64,000 nucleotides of DNA from assembly GCF_009914755.1 (NCBI RefSeq), contig NC_060938.1. One strand, given 5' to 3'. Under the pieces are notes generated by a model. It made no database searches. It was not told where the DNA came from and saw only the letters and a list, made by a program, of their open reading frames with translations. Positions 40,201-55,629 of this stretch are shown piece by piece; position 1 is the stretch's first letter, and every line of letters starts with the position of its first letter. A program made the position numbers and the translations under genes. The DNA is from the human T2T-CHM13v2.0 reference genome, Homo sapiens.

Positions 40201-40871
40201 TAATTTCCTTTATCTTTCTGTTTTCAATTTCCTTGATAATATGTTTTCTTTATTATTCCCTTTTGTTTGCTTGCTTTCAATTTATTCTTTTCTTCTTTTT
40301 CTGGTTTCTTACTGTGGAGACAGATTATTGACTTGGAGCCTTGGTTATTTTCTAATATAATCACTGGATACTATAAATTTCTGTTGATGTACTGCTTTAA
40401 TAAATCTCAAAAATTTTGATATATTGTATTTTCATTTTTGTTTACTCTCAAATAATTCCTCATTTTTCATGGGATTTCATCTTTGACTTATAGATTATTT
40501 GAAGTGTATTTTAAAATTTCCAACAGGAGATTTTCCTGTTATCTCTTACTGATCTTGTTTCATTCTATTGTGGTCAGAGAACATCCTTTGTATGATTTCA
40601 GTTATTTTTAACTTGCTAAGGTCTATTCTATGACTTGCAGTGTCATCTGTCTTTGTTAATGTTCCAAGAATCTGTATTTTGCTATTCTTCTGGGAGAGTA
40701 TTCTATTGAGAAGAGTGTATATTCTTCTATTGTTGAATGGAGTGTTCTATAAATGTCAGATCCAGTCGTTGATGGTAATATTCTTTTCTTCTATATTTTT
40801 GCTGAATTTCTATCTACAAGTTCTATTTATCATTAAGAGAAGAATATTCAAGTCTCCAATTATAATTATAG

Positions 40872-41265
<394 letters not shown>

Positions 41266-41487
41266 TGTCATTTCTTTTTGATAAACTGAGTCTTTAATTT
41301 TTTCATTTCTGCAATTTTTTTGTCTCATTTTAATATGGCTGCCACTGTTTCTTTTTTTTGTTTGTTTAATGTTTGCATCATATATCTTCCCCCCACCTTA
41401 ATTTTTACCTACCTATATCATTATATTTGAAGTAGATTTCTCTACACAGCATACAGTTGGCTCACGGGTTTCAAAAAATCCATTCTA

Positions 41488-41782
41488 GGCTGTGGGTGAT
41501 AGCTCATGCCTGTAATCCCAGCACTTTGAGAGGCTAAGGTGGGCAGACTGCTTGAGCTCAGAAGTTCTAGACCAGCTTGGGCAACACGGTGAAACCTCAT
41601 CTCTACAAAAAATACGAAAATTAGCTGGGCACGGTGGTGTGCACCTGTAGTCTCAGCTACTTGGGAGGCTGAGGTGGGAAGATGGCTTGAGCCCAGGAGA
41701 TGGAGATTTCAGTGAGCTGAGATGGTGCTACTGCACTCCAGCCTGGGCAACAGAGCCAGATGCTGTCTCAAAAAAAAAAAAA
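41488..41782 (+). mobile_element. AluJ
   Basis: J-type motifs cttgagctcag and cttgagcccagg. Confidence 0.92.
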
Positions 41783-41972
41783 GTTCTGAAAATTTAACTG
41801 GTATGTTTAGACCATTTTTATTTAATGTAATTAATGATAAATTACAATTTAGGTCTGCCATTTTATTACTCATTTTCTTTTTGTTTCCTCTGGTTTTTGT
41901 TCCTTTGTGATATGGTTTGGCTGTGTCCCCACTCAAATCTCATCTTGAATTCCCATGTGTTGTGGGAGGGAC

Positions 41973-42991
41973 TGTTGCAGGAAGTCAGGGACCCCAAACA
42001 GAGGGACCAGTTGGAGCCACGGCAGAGGAACATAAATTGTGATTTCATTTTAATATGGACATTTATCAGTTCCCAAATTAATACTTTTATACTTTCTTAT
42101 GCCTGTCTTACTTGAATCTCTTAATCCTGTTATCTCTGTAAGCTGAGGATGTACATCACCTCAGGACCACTGTGATAATTGTATTAACTGTACAAATTGA
42201 TTGTAAAACATATGTGTTTGAACAATATGAAATCAGTTCACCTTGAAAAAGAACAGAATAACAGCAATTTTTAGGGAACAAGGGAAGACAACCATAAGGT
42301 CTGACTGCCTAGGGGGTCAGGCAAAAAGAGCCATATTTTTCTTCTTGCAGAGAGCCTGTGAATGGATGTGCAAGTAGGGAAGATATCGCTAAATTCTTTT
42401 CCTAGCAAGGAATATTGATATTAATACTCTGGGAAAGGAATTCATTCCTGGGGGGAGGTCTACAAACAGCCGCTCTGGTAGTGTCTGTCTTATGTAGTTG
42501 AGATAAGGACTGAAATAAGCCCTGGTCTCCTGCAGTACCCTCAGGCTTACTAGGATTCAGAAAACTCCATCCTGGTAAATTTTTGGTCAGACCGGTTCTC
42601 TCTTCTTGAACCCTGTTTTCTGTTAAGATGTTTATCAAGACAATACGTGCACCCCTGAACATACACCCTTATCAAGAGTCCTGATTTTGCCCTTGTCCTG
42701 TTTCCTCAGAAGCATGTGATCTTTGTTCTACTTTTTGCCCTTTGAAGCATGTGATCTTTGTACCTACTCCCTGTTTGTACACCCCCTCCCCTTTTAGAAT
42801 TCTTAATAAAAACTTGCTGGTTTTGAGGCTCGGGCAGTCATCACAGTCCTACTGATACGTGATGTCACCCCCGGCGGCCCAGTTGTAAAATTCCTCTCTT
42901 TGTATTCTTTCTCTTTATTTCTCAGCCAGCCAACACTTATGGAAAATAGAAAGAACCTATGTTGAAATACTGGGGGCAGGTTCCCCTGATA
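41973..42991 (+). mobile_element. MER11A solo LTR (HERV-K11/HML-8)
   Basis: tgttgcaggaagtcagggacccc...ggttcccctgata; 6-bp TSD AGGGAC at 41967-41972 and 42992-42997. Confidence 0.92.
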
Positions 42992-43101
42992 AGGGACCTG
43001 GTGGGAGGTAATTGAATCATGGGGGCAAGTCTTCCTTGTGCTGTTGTCGTAATAGTGAATAAGTCTCATGAGATCTGAGGGTTTTGAAAGGAGGAATTCC
43101 C

Positions 43102-43602
<501 letters not shown>

Positions 43603-45000
43603 TCATACACTTTGGTTCCCTTTTCTACCCCTGCTTTTTTTTAAGGGTTTAAAAATTGTTTTTAGTATTTCATTTTAATCTCTTTCTTTTGAGTCTATGT
43701 CTTTATATAATTTTAAATGATTGTTTTGAAGATTACAATGTACATACTTAACTTCACAAACTGCTTGGAGTTTATATTTTACCATTTCAGGTGGAATGGA
43801 GATATCTTTCTGCATTAGTCACTTTATTCTCCCCATTTGATCTTCAAGTTGTCTTAGTAGTACATGTACATACATTGAAAGCCTCACTAGAGGATGTTAT
43901 AATTTTGCTTTTCATCATCAAAGACATTTTATGTATTTTAACGAACTTAAGAAATGAAGAATAGTTTATTATACTCTACCAGATTTTTACCTATTCTGTT
44001 GCTCTTTTAAAATTCCTGATGTTCTAAAATGTCATCAGTATTATTTCTCTTTTTTTTTCCAAAAAACTTATTTTAGCAATTCTTTTAGAGTAGGTCTGCT
44101 GGCAATAAATTCTCTTAGTTTTTCTTTATCTGAGCAGGTCTTTATTTCACGTTAATTCCTGAAGGATATTTTTGTTGGATATGAAAACTCGAGTGGACAT
44201 TTATTTACTGTTAGAACTTTAAAAATAGTGTGCCACTTCTTCCTGGCCTCCATGGTTTCTAATGACAAATCCACAGTCATTTAAATTATTGCTGTCCTTT
44301 AGATAAGGTGTTTTTCTCTGGTAACTTTTAAGACTTTTACTTTGCATTTAGTTTTCAGCAATTTGATTATGATGTGTCTGGTCATGGTTTTTGGGGGTTT
44401 ATCCTGTTTTCAGTTTACTGAGTTTCTTGAGTTTGTAGGTTTTTTCTTTTTCCAGATTTGACAACTTTTCAACCATTATTTCTTCAAATGTTTTTCAGCA
44501 GCATGTTATTTCTTTTCTCTGTTTTATACTATAATAATACAAATATAAGACATTCTGGTAGTGTCCTCCAGGCTCCTGAGGCTCTGCTCATTGAAAAAAA
44601 TAGTTTATATCTATTGTTCAGTTTGGATTTTTTTATTCATCTACATTCCGGTTTGTTGACTCTTTCCTCTGTCACCCCTATTTTGCTATTGAGGCCATAT
44701 TGTATTTTTAAGTTCTCAACTTTCCTCTTGATTTTTCTTAATGTCTTCTATTTCTTTGCCCAGACTTTCTACTTTTACATTAGTTTCCAGAGTATTAGTG
44801 ATTATTTATTGGAGCATATTTATAATAGCTGCCTTAAAGTCTTTATCAGATATTTCCATCATTTCTGTCATCTAGGTGTTGACATCTATTGATTGTCTTT
44901 TCCCAAATGAGTTGAACATTTTCTGGCTCTTCACATGTCAAGTAATTTTTGATTGTATCCTGAATGTTTTGAATATTTCGTTATGAGACTCTGGGCCCTG

Positions 45001-45089
45001 TTTTTTTTTTTTGAGATGAAGTTTCGCTCACTCTGTCGCCCAGGCTGGAATGCAGTAGTGTGATCTTGGCTCACTGCAACTTCTGCCTC
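45001..45089 (-). mobile_element. Severely 5'-truncated Alu (~90 bp)
   Basis: Alu 3' end only; TSD ctctgggccct on both sides. Confidence 0.88.
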
Positions 45090-46121
45090 TCTGGGCCCTT
45101 TTACAAGTCCTTGGAAAACATTGATATTTTTGTCTTAGTAGGCAATTAGTAGCTTGGTCAGGTTCAGGCTGCAAGTTCCAACTAACTTTTTGTGGGCTGT
45201 TGTTCCCATGTCAATTTAATTGTTAAATCCTTTGTGTGCTATTTGACTCTCATCCATGTGTATGCTACCCAGTGGCTAGTCTGGAACCTGAATGTTGGTC
45301 TAACTGTTAGCTCAGTGCTCACTGTCTTTGGTATGCTGATTGAGATCAGACCCATGCATCCACAGTTTAGGGGTGAGTCCAGGAGTTTATAATCAATTTT
45401 ATGGGGCCACTTTCCTAACTTCTTTCCTTTCCACAACCTCCTTATTATTATCTGGATTCTTAAGACTCCCTTATCTATCCTCCAGGCAGAAATCTGGGGC
45501 TTTATCTATCCAGTTTTGCTACCCACTTTTATAAGTGTGCCCATGCCTAAGGCCAACCAGTGGGTGGACATAGAGAGAAAAAAAGCAATGGGGATTCATT
45601 GCATTCTCTTAGGATCACATCTTCATTAATCATAGAGGAAGGTTCCCCTTCCTCTGAGTTTTGATTTCTTTGGGATTCTGTTGCTACCACTGGATTTTTT
45701 TGTGGTGGGTTGTAGGGGGCAGTGGGGGGGCAAACTGGAATGTGAAATAATGGAGGGAAAAAATTTAAAAATCTGGAGATTTCTGCATTTTCACTGAACA
45801 TTAGGAGCCCCATTTCTTGATCTCTTAGCCAGACCAAGAGGCTTCTCCTGGAGCTCACTCTCTCTGCCCCACTGCTTCTTCTGAGGTTTGGGCTACATTA
45901 AGTTCAGGCTGGGGAATACTAACTGGAAAAAATGGTAAACTCACAAGCAATGAGATAGCTGCTCCATACATTCTAAGATTTGTAGCTACACTCGATAAGA
46001 GAAATAGGATGAAATGTGTTTACTTGATCTTCCCTGGGACTGGAACTCTAGTGTTCTCTCAAATATTTAATAATAATTACCATTTCTACACACCATGCTG
46101 AATGCTTTATGTGGCTTATTG

Positions 46122-46960
46122 TGTGTTTCTCCAAATTAACTCATATGTGGCCTCCTTTAAAAGGAAAAGTATTCTTTCATGGGCTGCTAAAGTGTATTTT
46201 AAAAATTATTTGTTCCTTAAATATGTATTGACACACTTTGGACTGATGTAGACCTATGGAAAAACAAAACAAAACTAATAAGTATTGACACACTGCTAGG
46301 TCAAAACTTCTTATGCTTACAGTGCTTAAACAACTATAAAACCAAATGAAATTTATAAATTAAATGCAAACAAAAGTAGGGCACAAAACAATGCAAATCA
46401 ACATCATTTATTTAATGTGACAGATGACAATGTTTGTTGAAACTAAATAGCTGTTCAACTGTGAATTGCAGTGTTTGACTGTGGTGTGGGGTTTTTTCTT
46501 GCCATATCAATGCTTCCTCATGCTGAGTGATGACTCAATTCTCCCATTAATTCCTCTGCTTAACCACTGCCCCACCCTGAAGGCTTCATTTGTACAGTGT
46601 GCTATCACGTCATTTGGCCTATTGTTGACTCAAAGCAGTATTTACATATTAACTCTCTGTCTTTTAACATATTAAGATATTAGCACATTTACATATTAAA
46701 TCTGTCTCTCATTAACATCCCAAGGTCATAAAAATAGTAGTTGCTGGTGCCAACACTAGTGCAAATGCCTTTGAAAACTTTGATACTTAAATCTCCCAGC
46801 AGGACTTAGTTATGAGGTAGTCATTCAGATGATCTGCAATGTGTTAATATTAGATTATTTAGCCTGCTCTCCAAATGAAAACCTCATATTAAAAAATGTA
46901 GTTAAAAAATCCATAAGACTCAGAAAATGTATTTGTGGATCCCAATTGGAAAAACACTGC
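46122..46960 (-). mobile_element. hAT-Charlie-family DNA transposon fossil inserted in a MIR
   Basis: Termini gtgtttctccaa / ttggaaaaacactg; minus strand reads ...HCHLSH* like Charlie transposase C-termini; MIR halves on both sides. Confidence 0.5.
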
Positions 46961-46964
46961 AATA

Positions 46965-47130
46965 CTATTAAATTTAATCTTTTGACAAAAATCATCATCA
47001 CCAGCTTACAATGAGGAAACTGAGGCTTAGAGAGGTAAGTTGGCCAAAGTCTCATAGGTGATCAATGGCAGGGTCAGGGTACACAGAGAGCAGCCAAGTT
47101 TATCTCCAGAGCCTCCACTCGTAACTGTGA
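46965..47130 (-). mobile_element. MIR
   Basis: atgaggaaactgaggcttagagagg. Confidence 0.75.
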
Positions 47131-47951
47131 CTCACCTAAGGCTACTGTTCTCCGTGAAAACTTGTGCCTTCATCTGTTTTTCCAAAGTGGGCAAAGGCTA
47201 CATGGAACTCTCCAAACTGCCTAATAGGACCTCACTTTACTCTTTGATCTAAGACCTTTATGTTACCCTGAATTAAAGAATGAATTATGAATTGTTTTAT
47301 TATGCCCTGAAGACAAGAAAGAATACAAGGAATATAGAACTGTATTCATTTTATTACTCTGAATTCCCTTTATATCCTTGCCACTGCATGAAATGTATTT
47401 TTCCATAGGTGTGATCAGTGTGCACATTCCTGTCACTCCCTGAGAAGCTTCTCTGTCTTCCCAGGCACAATAAAGCACTTCCTTTTCTTTTTAACATATA
47501 ACACTTTGCTCACAGGTCAAATGAACTACAGAATACATTTTGCATGTTTGCCTGCCCTCCCATAAACTGTGAGTACCTTGAGGAAAAGGATCTTGTCTTC
47601 CTCATCTTTGTAGTATTAGAGAAGTACCAACACAGTTCGTTATGCATTTGCTATGTCATGCTTTTGTATATTAACTGACCATATATTGAAATAAAACTGA
47701 TATCTTGGTTTTCTCCCTGAACATTTTCCTCCCTTAGTCTTCTCTCGCAGAAATAGGCATTACATCTGCTACCATCATCTCTTGCCTGAATGACAGCAAT
47801 TGCCTCTAATTGGTCTTGCCACATCAATCCAATCCACAGAGAACTCTGACTTCCAGCTTTCCCTCTGTCTTTCATTTCTCCTTCCCTATGTGCATCTGCT
47901 CTATTGTCTTCTCTTTTCAGCGTGGCTTCCCTTTTCTTTAACCTTAGACTA

Positions 47952-48503
47952 TGTATTAGTTATCTGTTGCTGTGTAACAAATCACCCCAAAACTTAGTGA
48001 CTGAAGATAACATTAAGAATGTCATAGTTTCTGTAGATTGAGCATCCAGGTGAGGCTTAGCAGGGTCTTCTGTTTCTCAGAGGCTGCAATAAAAGGTGTG
48101 AGCTGGAACCGTAGTAATCTCAAGGCTCAACTGGGGAATGATCTGATTCTAAGCTCACCACATGGTGTTGGCAGGATTTAGTTCCTGGACAGTTGTTAGA
48201 CCAAGAGCCCCTTGCTGGCTGTTGGCTGGAAGCCATCCTCAGTTCCTGGCCATGTGGGCCTCGCCTTACAATATAGCAGTTTGCTTCATCAGTGCAAGTG
48301 AGAAGAGCCAGAGAGAAGGGAGCAAGATAGAAATGACAGCCTTTTACTTTCTAATCTCGGAGGTGATATCACATTTTCCATGTTCTATTTGTGAGAAGCA
48401 AGTGACTATGTCTAGCCTACACTCAAGGAGAGGAAATTACACAAGAGTGTGAATACCAGGAGGTGTAGATGACTAGGAGTCATTTTAAGAACAGCTGACC
48501 ACA
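47952..48503 (-). mobile_element. MLT1F-like LTR
   Basis: tgtattagttatctgttgctgtgtaacaaatcaccccaaaacttagtg...ctgaccaca. Confidence 0.78.
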
Positions 48504-48707
48504 GACCAGACCATAGACTAGAAAACAGTGGCTGTCCATGAGCTCTCAAATTTATATCTATACATGCAGTTTTGTGGAACAATCGGGTTCTGTCTTATGG
48601 TTTCAATCCCAGATTCTCAGAGGGATGTCTCTGATTGGCTAGCTAAAGTCATGTGCTCACCCTTGGTTCAATCGACTATGGCCAAGGTGGGTGAGTTAAG
48701 TTTCTGA

Positions 48708-49116
<409 letters not shown>

Positions 49117-49901
49117 CACAGGTATCTACTTTAGATGTCCTGGCCCTTGGGGTCTATAATCACTCTTTTTGCTTGTCTCAACTCCCTAGCTTAAATGGCA
49201 CCTAAACAGGAGAAACCTCAGACTTCTATTGGACTCCCTGATACACAGGAGGTCACTTGCAAAGCTTCCTAGAAGAGAAATGAAGAACATTGCCTTTAAA
49301 TTGCAACATAAGCTCCTGGCTTTGGAGAAGTTTGCAAGTTGGCAGGTCACCCCTGGGCTAGGGTCTCTCAGGCCAGAGGAGTGAGGGCAGAAAGGCAGGG
49401 GCTGGTTCAGAGCAATGCAGCCTTTTGAAACACTTGGATAGAGATCCTTCTCCCTCCTGGTGTGCCAGGCCCATAGTAATGTGTCTTGTCCCAAGAGGAT
49501 GATCCTTCACAAGCTAAGTGACAGCCACATTGATTTTAAGACTATTGGGCAAAGTCTGTATTAAGCTGGGGCACTTAGAGTGCTTTGTCCCTGGCCCTGT
49601 ATTTTTTTTCTCACCTAATATTTTTGCACTCAGCTATGGTAATCATATCCAGGAAGGGAGTCCCAAGAATGCCCTCCGGGTGTCCTCGAGCCTATCTCTT
49701 GGGAGTAGAGCCTATCTCTGCAGCCTCTGCCCTGTGTCTCCTGCCCTAGACACTGCCCTGGACACCAGGGCAGGCATAGGGTGGGCTCCCTATACTTGAC
49801 AAGCTCACAGTTGCATGAACAAGCCTCTTAGGGTGGGTCTGGGGATCCTTTCTTTTATTTTTTAAAAAATTGAGGTGAAATCCACATAGTATAAACTTAA
49901 T

Positions 49902-50190
49902 CTTTTTTTTTTTTTTTTTTTGAGACAGGGTCTTACTCTGTCACCCAGGCTGGAGTACAGTGGCACAATCATGGCTCACTGCAGTCTTGACCTCCTGGAC
50001 TTAAGCAATCCTCCCATCTCAGCCTCCTGAATGGCCGGGACTACAGATGCACAGGTTAATTTTTTATTTTTTATAGAGATGGGACCTCACTTTTTTGCCC
50101 ATGCTGGTCTTGAACTCCTGGCCTCAAGTGATCCTCCTGCTTCGGCCTCCCAAAATGCTAGGATTACAGGCATGAGCTATCATGTCCAGC
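49902..50190 (-). mobile_element. AluJ
   Basis: Antisense J-type Alu. Confidence 0.9.
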
Positions 50191-50204
50191 CATATTAACC
50201 ATTT

Positions 50205-50586
<382 letters not shown>

Positions 50587-51119
50587 TAGTTTCAAAACTT
50601 TTTCATCTTCCCAGAAAATACCCTTTAAATAATCCTTTCTCATTCCCTATCCCACCCCCGGCCCCTGGCAACCACTAATCTGCTTTCTGTCTCCATGGAC
50701 TTGCCTATTCTGGATATTTTATATAAAAGGAGTCATACAATATGTTGGTCTTTTATGTCTGGCTTCTTTCACTTAGCATAATGTTTTTGAGGTTCATCCA
50801 AGTTGTAGCATGTATTGGTACTTCATTTCTTTTTATAGTTGATTTTTTTAAGTGCAGCATCTGTACTAGTATTTTGACATATTGAAAGAGACCTCCTCTC
50901 CATTTCTCCTTCTCTTTAACCTTTCTCTCTTGAAGAGGCTGGGGGCAGTCTCTTTTATCTAGACAGGAATACAGAAATATTTTATTGTTGCTCTCGATCA
51001 ACATGCGTTCTTAAAATATTGGACTAGGTAGTACAGCAAGATTACTGTCAACACAGTGTTTCTGAAGTCCCTTCACCAAAAACTATGGAGGGTACAAGGC
51101 CCTCATTTGATTGTACATA

Positions 51120-51440
51120 TGTACTGATATGTTTACTAGAGGTAGGAACCCATGTTGGTTGGATCACCAAGTGGAATAAAATACTAACCCTGCCCTCACA
51201 GAGCATGTAGCTCAGAGGGGTGGTGACAGAGACATCAACCAACCATGACAATTCAATGCAATAAATGCTTCTGTTAGATGTTTGCTGAGGGTGCTGTGAA
51301 AGCAAGGAGCCAGGGCATTTAATCAAGCAGGAAGACTTCCAGAAGAAACTGATGTTTGAATTGAGTCTTGATGCCAAAAGAGAATTACCCAGAAGGAGAA
51401 AGCCAGGAGGGAAATAACTATAGGAAGGTTCAGAACATCA
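51120..51440 (-). mobile_element. L2 fragment
   Basis: ccctgccctcacagagc; caggaagacttccagaagaaactgatgtttgaattgagtcttga. Confidence 0.65.
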
Positions 51441-51679
51441 TGGTGAACACTCTAGGCAAATGAAGATACCAAATGAAATACCTAATAAAAAGCAACAAGA
51501 AAAATGCCAAGCAGTTCTGATATCTCTGCAGCGAGACAGCATGGGGAGGCCCATTCATTGGCTGGTGAGCTTGTTTTCACCAGATAGGTCAGTGGGACAG
51601 GTGTGCTAATGTGTTTGATGGCATGAACATGGCTCTGCAATCACTAGTTGCTGGGGTATTCTACTAGATGTAGTGGATG

Positions 51680-52210
51680 TGGGGGCTTTGAGCTGGACTC
51701 TAGAGCCAGATGCCTGAGCTTGAATCCTGATTCTGTCACTGATTTGCTATGGACCTTGAGAGAAATATTTGCCATCATGGTGCCTCAGTTTTGACATCTA
51801 TAAAATTGAAATCATAACGGTATTTACCTCTTCCAGTTGTTATGAGGATTGCATGAGTGAGCATGGTGCACTGAAGCACTTGGAACAGTGCCTGGCACTG
51901 AGTCAGTGCTGTTATTGAAGAAGTAATAAGTCAGTCAGTCTCAGCTTTTGTTGTTCCTCTGGGCTAATCACAGAAACTACTCATCGGGGTGAGTACCCTA
52001 TGGCTACCACGTGCTAGGCACTGGGTAATTTACACATCGTCTCATTTAACTCTCCTGACAACCCAGAGAAGGGAGTTAAAAAAAGAGACTTGGCAGATCA
52101 GTCATCAAGTTGGAAGAAACACTCTCCCAAGACCCACAGCTAATAAGGGATGTTGTCAGTATTTGGACCCGGTTTGCCTGATTATCAGGGCCTGCTCTTA
52201 ATCATGCCTC
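51680..52210. mobile_element. Two MIRs in opposite orientation (51680-51915 +, 51990-52210 -)
   Basis: gcctcagttttgacatctataaaat...acagtgcctggcac; gtgctaggcactggg...tctcatttaactctc. Confidence 0.7.
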
Positions 52211-53369
52211 TATTCTGCCTCCCTTAGCTGGGGGTTCCTACAGAATGCAAATGGCTCACATGCCTTGGGGACTGGGGACTGTGTTGGAGAGGTAGGATGA
52301 CTTCTAAAGTCACTTGCTATTTCAACACATGTTTAGGACATTTGGGGATTTATCCTCTTTCCTTACAACTCAAGAAAAATCCAGTTTGAATGTGCACCCT
52401 TCTGCACCCCACTCTCTCTGTGTATCAGTTTAGTTTTATGTTTTCTTGATAAACCAAAATGCAAGGAAGTTTCTTTCTTGGAACCAAATATAACTGGGAA
52501 GAAGTGCCATGTTTAGATTCTGGGAGGGTGGTGGGCCATGCCAAGTAGATTTACACTTACCCTTGGGATATAATCACATTTTAAGTGGGAATTCAACCTC
52601 AATCTGTGGCCGCAGAATTGTCCTGTAAAGGAGTGGCTTTAGATAGGAAACCAGAGGCAGTCACCTAACTGAAGAGCACACAGCTCTTCTGGGAAAGTTG
52701 TAGGAGCAACCTCTGGGGGTGTGGGCATTGGCGCCTTTTGGAACCTCAGGTTTCCCAGCTATTAGAGGTATGGGTCACAGATTGCGGGATCCCAAAGGTT
52801 AACCTTGCAGGCAATGTGCTGCAGCGGTTGGCACTCATTTGTAACTTCTGTTTCTGTCTTCATCATGATGGACGGGTAATTTTTTGCTAAGAGCTATTAG
52901 AGTGCCTGAGCCAGTAATTGCCAGAGAGAGTGGTCATAATCACATTTCCTGCTTCTATCAGGGCCTTGGATTTTGCAAGGCACCAAAATACTCTGCTGGA
53001 GGCCTTCCCAAGTGGGAGCTCTTAGGAAAAAGGTTATAGGACTTTGCCTGCCCTCTTTTATGGGGTACTGGGTGGTGGCCAAAAAAATCCCCAAAGCTCT
53101 TTAGAAACTTGGAGGTTGAGTTCTCTCCATTTCATTACTCTTCGTTTTGGGATTGGAGGAGGGGAAGAAATGTGAGTTCTATGTAGGAAGCTTACGCCTG
53201 CTTAAATATTGTCCACCCTGGTGGGGCATGAGCTGGGTGGGCAGTAGGTTCCTTTCGATGCTTGATATGAGCAATAAGGGATGAAGTGCTTCTGGGCCCT
53301 CAGAGGACACAGGTACTATGTGAGGAGTCTCTGCAATTAGAATAGGGGAGGAAGAGAGGTGAAACCAAT

Positions 53370-53455
53370 CCTTCCTTCCCTCCCCTCTCTTCCCCTTCCC
53401 CTTCCTTCTTTCCTTCCTTCCCTTTCCTTCCTTCCTTCTCTCTTCCCTCCCGTCC
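53370..53455. repeat. Polypyrimidine (CCTT-rich) tract
   Basis: Directly visible. Confidence 0.9.
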
Positions 53456-53459
53456 TCAT

Positions 53460-53800
53460 TTTATCTTCAAGAATTTATTAATCATTTACCATGTGCTAGG
53501 GTTGGGTGATATACACACCAAAGAGTTCTCCATCTAGCTGGCGAGGCAGCTGACATGACTTAGAGTGGTGATAAAGTCGGGGAGCACAGAAGAGGTAGCA
53601 GCTGACCCTGCTTACAATGGCAGATGAGGGTCAAGGAGGAGAGGTCATAGGAAGGGTCATGGAGGAACTGGCATTTGAGATGGACATTGGAGGAGCTTTC
53701 CAGGTGGTGAAGTGGAAGAATGGCACCCAGAAAGCAGAAACAGTATGAGGAAAGGTTTGGAGATATGAAAGAGGATTGGATAGGTGTTCAGAAAATGGGG
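53460..53800 (-). mobile_element. L2 fragment
   Basis: atttatt...ccatgtgctagg; ggaggaactggcatttgagatggac. Confidence 0.65.
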
Positions 53801-54087
53801 TATACAGTGCTCCAATAAAATGTATGCATTAAGAACACAAAATAAATGCTGCTCTGTTACAGACTGTTGTCAGCAATAGACTGGTGTTAGTTGTGGGCAT
53901 TTTGAATATGTCTGACTTTAAAAAAAACCCAAAATAGATATTAATTAACATCTTGTTAAAGTATGCATTACTAAAATCATGTATATATTTTATTGAATAA
54001 CTGTTAATTTTGGAGTATCTGGAATATAACATGTTATGAGGCTGAAAGAGAAAAGACTGAAATGAAGATAGAGCCAGCTTCACGTTT

Positions 54088-55594
54088 TGTGTCCGGAATT
54101 GGTGGGTTCCTGGTCTCACTGACTTCACGAATGAAGCCGCAGACCTTTGTGGTGAGTGTTACAGCTCTTAAGGTGGCGCGTCTGGAGTTTGTTCCTTCTG
54201 ATGTTCGGATGTGTTCAGAGTTTCTTCCTTCTGGGGGGTTCGTGGTCTCGCTGGCTCAGGAGTGAAGCTGTAGACCTTCGCGGTGGGTGTTACAGCTCTT
54301 AAGGCAGCGCGTCTGGAGTTGTTCATTCCTGCTGGTGGGCTCTTGGTCTCGCTGGCTTCAGGACAGAAGCTGCAGATCTTCGTGGTGAGTGTTATAGCTC
54401 ATAAAAGCACCATGGACCCAAAGAGTGAGCAGTAGCAAGATTTATTGCAGAGTGAAAGAACAAAGCCTCCACAGCGTGGAAGGGGACCTGAGACGCTTGC
54501 CACTGCTGGCTCGGGCAGCCTGCTTTTATTCTCTTATCTGGCCCCACCCACATCCTGCTGATTGGTAGAGCCAAGTGGTCTGTTTTGACAGGGTGCTGAT
54601 TGGTGGGTTTACAATCCCTGAGCTAGATATAAAGGTTCTCCAAGGCCCCACCAGAGCAGCTAGATACAGAATGTAGATTGGTGCACTCACAAACCCTTAG
54701 CTAGACACAGGGTGCAGACTGGTGTGTTTACAATCCCTGAGCTAGATACAAAGGTTCTCCACGTCCCCATCAGATTAGTTAGATACAGAGTTTCGACATA
54801 AAGGTTCTCCAAGGCCCCATCAGAGCAGCTAGATACAGAGTGTCGATTGGTGCACTCACAAACCTTGAGCTAAACACATGGTGCTGATTGGTGTATTTAC
54901 AATCCCTGAGCTAGACATAAAGACTATCCACCTCCCCACCAGACTCAGGATCCCAGCTGGCTTCACCTAGTGGATCCTGCAACAGGGCTGCAGGTGGAGC
55001 TGCCTGCCAGTCCCGCGCCGTGCGCTCGCACTCCTCAGCCCTTGGGTGGTCGATGGGACTGGGCGCTGTGGAGCAGGGGGTGCTGCTCGTCGGGGAGGCT
55101 TGGGCCGCACCGGAGCCCATGGAGTAGGTGGGAGGCTCAGGCATGGCAGGCTGCAGGTCTGGAGCCCTGCCCCGCGGGAAGGCAGCTAAGGCTCGGTGAG
55201 AAATCGAGCGCAGCGCCGGTGGGCTGGCACTGCTGGGGGGACCCAGTACACCCTCCGCAGCCACTGGCCTGGGTGCTAAGTCCCTCATTGCCTGGGGCCA
55301 GCAGGGCTGGCCGGCTGCTCTGAGTGTGGGGCCCGCCAAGCCCAAGCCCACCCGAAACTCCAGCTGGCCCACAAGCGCCGCACACAGCCCCGGTTCCCGC
55401 TCGCGCCTCTCCCTCCACACCTCTCTGTAAGTTGAGGGAGTGGGCTCCAGCCTTGGCCAGCCCAGAAAGGGGCTCCCACAGTGCAGTGGTGGGCTGAAGG
55501 GCTCCTCAAATGCCGCCAAAGTGGGAGCCCAGGCAGAGGAGGTGCCGAGAGCAAGCAAGGGCTGTGAGGACTGCCAGCACGCTGTCACCTCTCA
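54088..55594 (-). mobile_element. LTR12C solo LTR (HERV9)
   Basis: Minus strand begins TGAGAGGTGACAGCGTGCTGG and ends CCAATTCCGGACACA; 4-bp TSD GTTT at 54084-54087 and 55595-55598. Confidence 0.96.
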
Positions 55595-55629
55595 GTTTGA
55601 CTTGCTACATGTGTTATGATTTTTCCTTT

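Noticed and set aside
54911-55588. 225-aa ORF
   Set aside because: Entirely within LTR12C U3.
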